Source: PVC group bacterium
Lineage (GTDB): Bacteria > Auribacterota > Erginobacteria > Erginobacterales > Erginobacteraceae
Assembly: GCA_043804695.1 (NCBI GenBank)
Contig: JAZDIV010000062.1
Span: 1-23,883 of the forward strand
Length of the DNA: 23,883 bases
Direction: 5' to 3'
The position numbers were made by a program, and so were the translations under genes. Positions 8,312 to 15,505 of the stretch are shown here, piece after piece. Positions within the stretch are counted from its first letter, which is position 1, and each line of letters begins with the position of its first letter. The notes beneath the pieces were generated by a model that had not been told where the DNA came from, did not search any database, and worked only from the letters and a program-made list of their open reading frames with translations.

Positions 8312-10063
8312 CTACTTCTTCACCGATTCCAACCCCCGCCGCGCCCGGCGGGAACCGGGGTTCAGTTCCAGGGCTTTTCTGAAGGCATCCCCGGCCTCCG
8401 TCCAACGGCCCTGTTTCATGGCCGTCAGCCCCTTCCACTCCTGGAGGAAGGCGGGGCGGTTGACCTCCCGGTCCCGCCGCATATCGGGCGTCTTGATATT
8501 GACCAGGATCGCCAGCGCCAGTAGAAGCAGGAGATCGCGGCCCAGGACCGCCCATCGCCTCTCCCGGGCCCGGCGGCAGAGCTGCCGGACGGCGGCGGCG
8601 GCAAAGATCAAGAGCACGGGAGCGACGGCCAGGCGAAACCGCGGGATGACGTAGATCAGGAGAGACGAGATCAGGTACGAGGCCAGGTAGAGGTAGAGGA
8701 TCGGACCCGCGGCCCGCGGCCGGGCGATGATGACCCCCAGCAGGGCGATGGGCATGAGAATCGCCGGGGCGATGAAAGGGAAGATCCGGGCGTGATTCGC
8801 CCTCTCCATCACTTCCGGGACATCGTGCGGCTCGTACCCGTTCGCCAGCGCCAAAAGCTTCTTCCCCAGAAGCCGCAGATAGCGCCCGGGGTGTTGACGG
8901 ATGAAAAGGAGCCCCTCCTGGAACCAGAAAGCCGAACCTTCCCCATGTTTCAGGTCCCGGCCGGTTCTCTCCCGGGCGATCTCCAGACTGAAGAGATGCT
9001 CCAGGTAACTGAGCTTCCCGTCCCCCGGGCGGGCGTAATAGGCGATGGTCCGCTCCTCCAGTTCGGGGGGAGGGCTGAAGTCAAATCCCATCGCGCGCGG
9101 GTTGTTGCCGCTGTAAAAGACCCAGCCCCCGCTGGCCGTCACCGGGATAAATTCGCCGCTGTTGGCGTAATTGAAAAGCGTTACAGGAAGGACAACCAGG
9201 GCAACCGGAATCAGGAGAAGGAAGATTCGTCGGATCCTGGTTCCCCATTTTCCGCCGATCGGTTGGCCTGCCACAACCCTGTGGGAGGGCTTTATAAGCC
9301 CGATTTCCCAGCCACTGTGGGAGGGGTTTCCAACCCCGATTCTCAGCCTGGCCGAATCGGGGTTAGAAACCCCTCCCACAATTCGCTTCGCCGAATCGGG
9401 GTTGGAAACCCCTCCCACAATTTGCCCGGCGGGATCGGGGTTGGAAACCCCTCCCACATTTCGCCGCCGCGAAACCCCCGGCATCAAAGATATAGGGGCC
9501 CCGGAATTCACTACCAAATATGGAATCACAAGGAGAAGGAAGATAACGGCATTGGGCCGCGAGATGATGCTTAAACCAATAAAGAGACCGGCGCCGGCAA
9601 TCCAGGATGCCTTTCCCCCGCTCCCGGCCGGGACGAGGCAGATGAGCGCCGCCAGGTTAAAGGTTACCACCCAGATCGCCGGGAGAAAGCTCGTTCCGTA
9701 GATGACAAACGGCCCATAGAAAACCGCGGCCAGGGCGGCGATATAACCGACCTGGCAATTGAAGCAGAGCCGCCCCAGCCGATAAATAAGCCAGCAGTTG
9801 AACGCCCCCAGGAACGCCTGCAGGATCTGCAGATCAAGAATATTACGGCCCGTCCATTGCCCTGCTGCCAGGAAAACGATGTAGAAAGGACTGGAATAAA
9901 ACACCTCAATCTGAGGAGTGATCACGCCCTGGAGTCTGAGCGCCAGTTCCCAGTACTTGAAAAAATATACCAATGGATCAAAAATATAAAAAAGCGCCGA
10001 CAGCTGTACAGCCAGCGCCAGGAGGAATATCAACAAGGGATATAAATTTTTATGCGCGTTCAT
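8312..10063 (-). CDS. GT39/ArnT-like membrane glycosyltransferase with C-terminal TPR and in-frame REP insertion
   Basis: 583 aa; FYSSPFY, SRPN, GGWVFYSGNNP, PRFRL, ALELNPG; contains VGGVSNPD x3 translated from REPs. Confidence 0.78.
   Translation of the reverse strand: MNAHKNLYPLLIFLLALAVQLSALFYIFDPLVYFFKYWELALRLQGVITPQIEVFYSSPFYIVFLAAGQWTGRNILDLQILQAFLGAFNCWLIYRLGRLCFNCQVGYIAALAAVFYGPFVIYGTSFLPAIWVVTFNLAALICLVPAGSGGKASWIAGAGLFIGLSIISRPNAVIFLLLVIPYLVVNSGAPISLMPGVSRRRNVGGVSNPDPAGQIVGGVSNPDSAKRIVGGVSNPDSARLRIGVGNPSHSGWEIGLIKPSHRVVAGQPIGGKWGTRIRRIFLLLIPVALVVLPVTLFNYANSGEFIPVTASGGWVFYSGNNPRAMGFDFSPPPELEERTIAYYARPGDGKLSYLEHLFSLEIARERTGRDLKHGEGSAFWFQEGLLFIRQHPGRYLRLLGKKLLALANGYEPHDVPEVMERANHARIFPFIAPAILMPIALLGVIIARPRAAGPILYLYLASYLISSLLIYVIPRFRLAVAPVLLIFAAAAVRQLCRRARERRWAVLGRDLLLLLALAILVNIKTPDMRRDREVNRPAFLQEWKGLTAMKQGRWTEAGDAFRKALELNPGSRRARRGLESVKK
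9281..9457. repeat. Five REPs inside a coding sequence
   Basis: 9281-9304(+,B), 9317-9340(+,A), 9356-9379, 9395-9418, 9434-9457(-,A); spacings 36, 39, 39, 39 bp. Confidence 0.92.
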
Positions 10064-10066
10064 ACA

Positions 10067-11644
10067 TTAAAATATCTCCTCCTCCCCGTTGAAATGGGGA
10101 GGAGGAGATATTTTACGGTAGATGAATTGCGGGCGCCAGGGATATCCGGTCACCGGGTAAAATACCGGGGCATCTCCGAAGATCGTTCCCGTCCTTGCGT
10201 AGCGGCTCTTCAGCAGCCCCGGGAACCAGTCCTCCCGATCGAGGATGATATAGTCATATCTGCCTTCCCGGATCGCCCTTTCAAACTCTTTCAGCCAGAG
10301 CCGGGCGGGGTCCCCTTCCCGGTCTTTCATGGCCAGCAATAGATCGAGGACCGCGGTCCAGTGGGCGGACGATTCCTTCCCGGCCAGTCGCGGCAGGTAT
10401 CCGTGAAAAGGGAGCAAAACATCTCCCTCCACGCTTTTTATATATGCGATCAGGATGTCACCGGCCTGCCGGTCGGTATCCCGGGGGATACGGGCGGCCG
10501 GAAGATAGCCAAGCATGATGAATTGAACCGCCAGGCAGAGGCCCACCGCCGGCCCGGCGATGACCGATCCCCTACCCTTCCCGGCGGATACTCTCCCCCA
10601 CGTCCACCCGCAAAGGAGCGCAAAGGCGAACGCCGCGGGAAGCAGTGTGTTGACATAGCTGTTTACGTTACCCCTTCCCACCAGGCTGACCAGGAATAGA
10701 CTCGCCCCCAGGAGATAATAGAGCATCCCCGGGACTCCCTCCCGGAGCGGCCGGCGGTCTTTCAGGAGAAGCAGCGGTGAGACCAGGCTGAGCCCGAACA
10801 TCACGGGGAACGTTCCGATGATATCCCCGTACAGAAAATCACGGACCTGGTCCATCCGGATGGCATGCCGGGAGGAGAGGAGGAAAACGTAATAGACATA
10901 CCAGCCTCCGTAACACGCATTCAGGAGAAGGGTACCGCCGCCCGCGAAGAGCGCCAGGGCTCCCAGGTAGAGGAGAAACCGTTTCCATCCGGCAGAGATA
11001 TAGTAGACCCCGATCGCCAGGGCCGGGGCCAGCGCCACCTGCTTGGTAAAAAAGGCGGCGGAGAGCAGCACCGCGGTTAGAATGGGCGCCCAGAGGCCGG
11101 AATCGCGTCGACCGGCAACAAAAGCTCCGAGCGCGATCCAGAAGATGAAAAGGCTGTCCACCCGGGCGATATCCATCCAGGAGCCGGTCGCCCGGTAGGC
11201 GGCCGCGAATAACCCGGCGGAAAGAACCCCCGCCGAAACCAGGTTTGTCTCCCGCTTAATAATAGCGTAGAGGAGAACCATGGTTCCGAAAGAAGCCAGA
11301 AGAGAGACCAGGCGGGGCGCTAAAAACCCCAGGCCGAAGATGCGCATCGCCGCGGCGCTCAGCAGAAAATAGAGCGGCGGGTAAATAAAGGGGACGTACT
11401 GGAGATCCGGCTCACGATAAAGGGGGCTGCCGTTCAACAGCTGCCCGCATTCATCGACAATCGCCCCTTCCATCCATTCCAGTTCATAGGGATAGGCAAT
11501 CCGGTGAAGAGCGGTCCAGAGGTAGGCGGCGATGGCCAGGGCGGAGAGAAGAATGAGGATGTGACTGAGGATGGAAAGGAGACGGGAAAAAAATTTGGGG
11601 CGAAGGCTGTATTGGTTATAGAATGGTTGTGGCTTGGTAGCCAT
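10067..11644 (-). CDS. ArnT/GT39-like GT-C glycosyltransferase
   Basis: 525 aa polytopic; YPYELEWMEG, YPPLY, ARVD, FFTKQ; first ~16 codons resemble the neighbouring transposase N-terminus. Confidence 0.78.
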   Translation of the reverse strand: MATKPQPFYNQYSLRPKFFSRLLSILSHILILLSALAIAAYLWTALHRIAYPYELEWMEGAIVDECGQLLNGSPLYREPDLQYVPFIYPPLYFLLSAAAMRIFGLGFLAPRLVSLLASFGTMVLLYAIIKRETNLVSAGVLSAGLFAAAYRATGSWMDIARVDSLFIFWIALGAFVAGRRDSGLWAPILTAVLLSAAFFTKQVALAPALAIGVYYISAGWKRFLLYLGALALFAGGGTLLLNACYGGWYVYYVFLLSSRHAIRMDQVRDFLYGDIIGTFPVMFGLSLVSPLLLLKDRRPLREGVPGMLYYLLGASLFLVSLVGRGNVNSYVNTLLPAAFAFALLCGWTWGRVSAGKGRGSVIAGPAVGLCLAVQFIMLGYLPAARIPRDTDRQAGDILIAYIKSVEGDVLLPFHGYLPRLAGKESSAHWTAVLDLLLAMKDREGDPARLWLKEFERAIREGRYDYIILDREDWFPGLLKSRYARTGTIFGDAPVFYPVTGYPWRPQFIYRKISPPPHFNGEEEIF

Positions 11645-11646
11645 TG

Positions 11647-11822
11647 AACTTTCTCCCCTGCCGCGTAAGGCGGCAGGGGCCGTTTGTTATTTTTAGTGCT
11701 TGGTGGTAGCTTTTAAACTTTCTCCCCTGCCGCGCAAGGCGGCAGGGGCCGTTTGTTATTTTTAGTGCTTGGTGGTAGCTTTTAAACTTTCTCCCCTGCC
11801 GCGCAAGGCGGCAGGGGCCGTT
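11647..11822. repeat. 69-bp-period tandem repeat with three 38-bp palindromic cores
   Basis: AACTTTCTCCCCTGCCGCGYAAGGCGGCAGGGGCCGTT at 11647, 11716, 11785 with identical 31-bp linkers; a near-identical fourth core at 12833-12870. Confidence 0.92.
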
Positions 11823-11827
11823 GTTTA

Positions 11828-12033
11828 GACCCCCGTGGACTTGTGCCACGGGTGAATCAGTTCAGCAGCTGCCAGCCCTGCTCCCGGCCAGACCCCTGCC
11901 GGCTTGTCCGGCAGGTGAATCAGTTCACATGCTAAAAGCCCGTCCCCCCTCATAAGACCTCCGTGGCCTTGGCCCCCCCCGAGACTGCGAAGCAGTTTTT
12001 CGGGGTGCCACGGGTGAATCAGTTCAGCAGCTA
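11828..12033. repeat. Second-family palindromic repeats in opposite orientation, left flank of Y1 transposase
   Basis: CCCGTGG..TTG.GCCACGGGTGAATCAGTTCAGCAGCT and CCCCTGCCGGCTTGTCCGGCAGGTGAATCAGTTC; 11893-12033 is directly repeated at 12938-13045. Confidence 0.85.
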
Positions 12034-12830
12034 CCTTCTGACAGCCCCCATTGTATATTCCCCGAACGTCCCAACGTAGTAATTATATTCCCAGATACGA
12101 CGTTGCCCCATTAAATAGGCCAGATTATTTTGAAATGCCAGCGCAATATCTTCCGGGGACTGCTCCACGTTGCCCCGGATCGCGATATGCAGATGATCCG
12201 GCATGGCGGAAAGAGTAGAGATTGTATACCCTTTCTTCTCCGCGGTCCGCCGACAGGCAGTGACTAAATCAGCACCTCTTCTGCCCCACCCCATCCGATA
12301 GCGTTCGGCAACAACCAGGACCAGGTGAAGGTTATACCAGTAACTGCCGCTTCCGGTCTGTACAGGTTGAGAAAGATCAACGGATGGATCGTTTATGGCC
12401 TCATTTTTCAGCTATTTTCGTAACGCATATCGGCCAATTTCTCCCGAACCAGTTGTTTCCCGATGTAAGCTTCGACAACCTCCCGGGTATTCCGTCCGAT
12501 ACTTCGAACCGCAAGTTTACGGCTGAACTGGACGGGTTTCCCGACCAGGCGAAAAGCGTGCTGGAGACGGCCCTTGACCCGGGTTGCCAGCAGGAGAGGT
12601 GAGATTTGCGGCGTGGCGCTGAATGTTAATAAGATCCGCCGATCATCCCAGAGATGCTCAAGGAGACGGAGACCGTCTTTTTCCCAGTGTCCGGTCAATT
12701 CCTCCAGGAAAGGATGCGATGGTTGCGGGGGGAAAGTGTCCCGGGAAGGCCATCCGGTCCAGCCGTAACGAAGGTGGTAGGCAGGATGGAGATTATGGGG
12801 GGTATAAAGTGGTTGCGGTTTTATAGCCAT
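12031..12830 (-). pseudogene. tnpA: Tandem two-domain IS200/IS605-like Y1 transposase with one frameshift near 12411
   Basis: Frame 1 (12830-12408) ends FSRKLAVRSIGRNTREVVEAYIGKQ...; second frame open 12411-12031 with YWYNLHLVLV, MPDHLH, WEYNYYVGTFG; adding one base gives ~266 aa. Confidence 0.8.
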
Positions 12831-12832
12831 TG

Positions 12833-13045
12833 AACTTTCTCCCCTGCCGCGTAAAGCGGCAGGGGCCGTTATGTTTGGTGCTATGTGTTAGCTGCTGAAC
12901 TTTCGCTCCCCGACGATAAACGTCGGGGGGGCGTAAACCCCTGCCGGCTTGTCCGGCAGGTGAATGAGTTCTTACGCTAAAGTCCCGTCCCCCCACCACA
13001 AGACCCCCGTGGCCTTGCGCCACGGGTGAATCAGTTCAGCAGCTA
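12833..13045. repeat. Right-flank palindromic repeat block of the Y1 transposase
   Basis: Same units, order and orientation as the block at 11647-12033. Confidence 0.85.
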
Positions 13046-13089
13046 TCAAGAGCCCCCCGGACACCTGCCGGCAAACCCCATCACTTTTA

Positions 13090-13144
13090 CCCGCCGAAGC
13101 TTCAGCGAAGGCGGGCCATTATTCCACCACTCCATCACTCCATT
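13090..13144. repeat. Short palindrome plus degenerate 8-mer array overlapping a stop codon
   Basis: CCCGCCGAAGCTTCAGCGAAGGCGGG at 13090-13115, then cattattc caccactc catcactc. Confidence 0.6.
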
Positions 13145-15287
13145 GTATTTCATACACCACCATCTTGGGGAAGGTGTTGGCGACCTCCCGGTAATGGACG
13201 CGGTAGATCTCCGGGCGCTGCATCATGCCGAACAAGGGCCGGAGCCCGAGCCGCGGGTCGCCGAGTATCCCGAGGTTCTCGAAGATCCAGCCGGGGGTGG
13301 TCTGGAGTTCGACCATCGCCAGGTAGGCGGCCCCCCGTTCTTTCAGGTAGTCGACCACCCGTCCTTCCCGGAGGTAGCCGGCGAAATCACGATCCACCAG
13401 CCCCCCCAGGTCGATAACCTCGGTCCGGGGGGAGAAATATTTCAAGGCCCCGATATCAAAGGCGGCCAGGCGGCTCTGTTCGGGGAGCTCCCGGTCGATC
13501 CGGCGGGCCACGGCGACATGGACATCGTTGATGTGCCGGACGGAAGATGAATACACTTTTCTCCACTTCAGGGTGGAACCGAGATCGAGGAGAATGATCG
13601 CGGCCAGAAGAACAGTCGGCAAAACTCCGGGCCGGGCTCTGATCCGGCCCCCGCCGGGACCGGCGGCCCGGACCAGCCAGCAGGCGGCCGGAAGGAAGAG
13701 CATAATCCAGAAGAGGAGAAAGTTGATCGCCTGGTAACGGCCGGCCTGGCTCGGGCTGGGGAGCATGACGATATACACCAGGTTGTGCCCGGCCGCCCAG
13801 AGCAAGAGGAGGAACAGACCCGAGATGCGTCTTCTTCCCTTCCGGGCATTCTGAAGGATAAGCCGGAGCGAGCAGAGCGCCAGCAGACCGGCCCCGCCCC
13901 AGAAGACAGCCAGCAAAGGCCCCTGCTGAAAAGCGGGCGGGAGGAGGCTGATGGTCAGTCCGTACCCCCAGAGTCTGAGATAGGCGAGCGGCCCCCTCCC
14001 CCCGGCCGGGACCGAGAGCCACTTCCTTCCGGAAAAGGTGGTCGGGAGAAGAGACCCGCTTACGCAAAGGTTCTTCAGCAGCTCGAGAATTAAAAAAAGA
14101 GCCGGGATGAGGAGAAGGGGAAGGATGGGGCGCAGAGCGCAGAGCGCAGAGCGCAGAGCGCCTGGCGCAGAGCGCAGAGCGCCTGGCGCAGAGCGCCCGG
14201 GGCCGGTTTTCTGACCGCTGTGGGAGGGCTTTTCAAGCCCGATTCCCCCGACATGCTGTCGGGGATCGGGGCCCCGACAGATACTGTCGGGGCAAGTTAA
14301 AAATTTACCCCGAAATATTTTCGGGGCCCCTCCCACATCCGGCCTTCCCGCCTCCCCGGATGCGTCCCGCCGGGACTCGATAATCGCGGCATAGACCAGG
14401 GCTATCCCCCAGAGGACGATGCCCTCAATCCGGGTAATCAGCAAAAAGCCGAGCGCCCCCCCCGCCCACCGGTATCGGCCCCGGCTCAAACAGAAAATGG
14501 CGAAGACTCCGATCGCCAGAAAGGCGGTTGTCTCCATCCCCGAGAGGCTGTACCAGATCAGCGGGCCGCAGAGGAGAACGAGGAGCGATATAAAAAAAGC
14601 CAGCAGGTGGGGGAGCATGGCGTAAGGCGCATAGGGCATAGAGCATGGCGCATAGGGCATAGAGCATAGAGCATAGCGCCCTAGCCCGATTCCCGGCTTC
14701 CCCCGGATCGAGGTTACAAACCTCTCCCACAATCGGCCGGCACCGAGGGAGGACAGCCCTGGCCCAATTCCCGGCCCCGCTGGATCGGGGTTGGAAACCC
14801 CTCCCACAATTACCCCTCGCTGATCGGGGTTGGAAACCCCTCCTACAATCGCCCCTCGCTGATCGGGGTAAAAAACCTCTCCCGCGGATAACAGAAATCG
14901 GTAGACAAGGAGCCCCGTCATTGCCGCGAGGGAGAACTGGGCGGCGCACCCTAAAAAGATGCTCCAGCCGACAACGGAAAAACCAAAGGACCGGCCCAGG
15001 CTGAGGAGAAGGAACCAGAGGGTGCTGGTAAAGCCGATCGAGGGCCGGCCGGGGTTAAAAGCGGTCTCCCCGCCGGAGACAAAATTCCGGGCAAAAACGG
15101 CATAGATCCAGCTGTCGTCGAGGGGGAAACCGGGGGCATTGCCGGCCAGAAACGGGAAGGCACCGGGGAGGAGCGGCGCGATAAAGGACCAGATAATCGC
15201 AAATTCAACCAGGAGGAGCAAAAAGATCCGGAATCGCTTTTTTCCCGCAGTCCCCACTTCTCTGACTTGCGCAAGCAGTCCTCTCAC
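13119..15287 (-). CDS. GT-C-like membrane glycosyltransferase (AftB-like motifs) with two in-frame repeat-derived insertions
   Basis: 722 aa; LDDSWIYAVFARN, FNPG, GFTSTLW, SGMET, RIEG, DIGALKYFS, DLGGLVD; GTGA overlap with upstream gene. Confidence 0.72.
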   Translation of the reverse strand: MRGLLAQVREVGTAGKKRFRIFLLLLVEFAIIWSFIAPLLPGAFPFLAGNAPGFPLDDSWIYAVFARNFVSGGETAFNPGRPSIGFTSTLWFLLLSLGRSFGFSVVGWSIFLGCAAQFSLAAMTGLLVYRFLLSAGEVFYPDQRGAIVGGVSNPDQRGVIVGGVSNPDPAGPGIGPGLSSLGAGRLWERFVTSIRGKPGIGLGRYALCSMPYAPCSMPYAPYAMLPHLLAFFISLLVLLCGPLIWYSLSGMETTAFLAIGVFAIFCLSRGRYRWAGGALGFLLITRIEGIVLWGIALVYAAIIESRRDASGEAGRPDVGGAPKIFRGKFLTCPDSICRGPDPRQHVGGIGLEKPSHSGQKTGPGRSAPGALRSAPGALRSALCALRPILPLLLIPALFLILELLKNLCVSGSLLPTTFSGRKWLSVPAGGRGPLAYLRLWGYGLTISLLPPAFQQGPLLAVFWGGAGLLALCSLRLILQNARKGRRRISGLFLLLLWAAGHNLVYIVMLPSPSQAGRYQAINFLLFWIMLFLPAACWLVRAAGPGGGRIRARPGVLPTVLLAAIILLDLGSTLKWRKVYSSSVRHINDVHVAVARRIDRELPEQSRLAAFDIGALKYFSPRTEVIDLGGLVDRDFAGYLREGRVVDYLKERGAAYLAMVELQTTPGWIFENLGILGDPRLGLRPLFGMMQRPEIYRVHYREVANTFPKMVVYEIQWSDGVVE
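14130..14192. repeat. Heptamer array, 9 units GCGCAGA/GCGCCTG
   Basis: 9 x 7 = 63 bp read directly, plus a degenerate tenth unit. Confidence 0.9.
14220..14336. repeat. Intragenic REP-B, micro-hairpin and expanded REP
   Basis: 14220-14243 GTGGGAGGGCTTTTCAAGCCCGAT; hairpin 14246-14264; branched REP 14265-14336. Confidence 0.85.
14613..14675. repeat. Heptamer array, 9 units G(A/C/G)GCAT(A/G)
   Basis: gagcatg gcgtaag gcgcata gggcata gagcatg gcgcata gggcata gagcata gagcata; encodes YALCSMPYAPCSMPYAP. Confidence 0.85.
14707..14885 (-). repeat. Intragenic cluster of four REP-A copies
   Basis: 14707-14730 variant, 14784-14807, 14823-14846 (GTAG), 14862-14885 degenerate; last three at 39-bp period. 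Confidence 0.88.
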
Positions 15288-15505
15288 ATCCCCCAGTGAT
15301 TGTATATGTAATAGGCCATGAACAGGAAAAAGAGCCCGACTGTGGTCAGGATCACTCCCACCGAAATCCGGTACTTCAACGTCTTGTGGTCGGTTGAGAC
15401 AATCTGGTTAAGCAGCGAGCTCAATTTCACCAGCGCCCCGGGCGCGATCAGAAACATGACCCCCGAGCTCAGGGCGACAAAACCGACCAGTATAAAAGCA
15501 GTCAT
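15284..15505 (-). CDS. Small two-TM membrane protein
   Basis: 73 aa, two hydrophobic helices; stop/start overlaps with both neighbours. Confidence 0.75.
   Translation of the reverse strand: MTAFILVGFVALSSGVMFLIAPGALVKLSSLLNQIVSTDHKTLKYRISVGVILTTVGLFFLFMAYYIYNHWGM

Noticed and set aside
9356..9457. Mini-CRISPR from 24-bp repeats with differing linkers
   Set aside because: Linkers are only 15 bp, the cluster has mixed orientations, and the repeats match the RAYT-flanking REPs
11647..11822. CRISPR array (38-bp palindromic repeat, 31-bp spacer)
   Set aside because: The two spacers are identical, no cas genes are in the window, and the unit recurs at the transposase start
12400..12420. Programmed ribosomal frameshift in the tandem transposase
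   Set aside because: The second frame has TAG immediately before its open stretch and there is no usable slippery site; a 1-bp deletion or sequencing error is more likely
57..15287. Integron cassette array
   Set aside because: No integrase and no attC-type RYYYAAC/GTTRRRY sites recognised; several genes overlap by translational coupling
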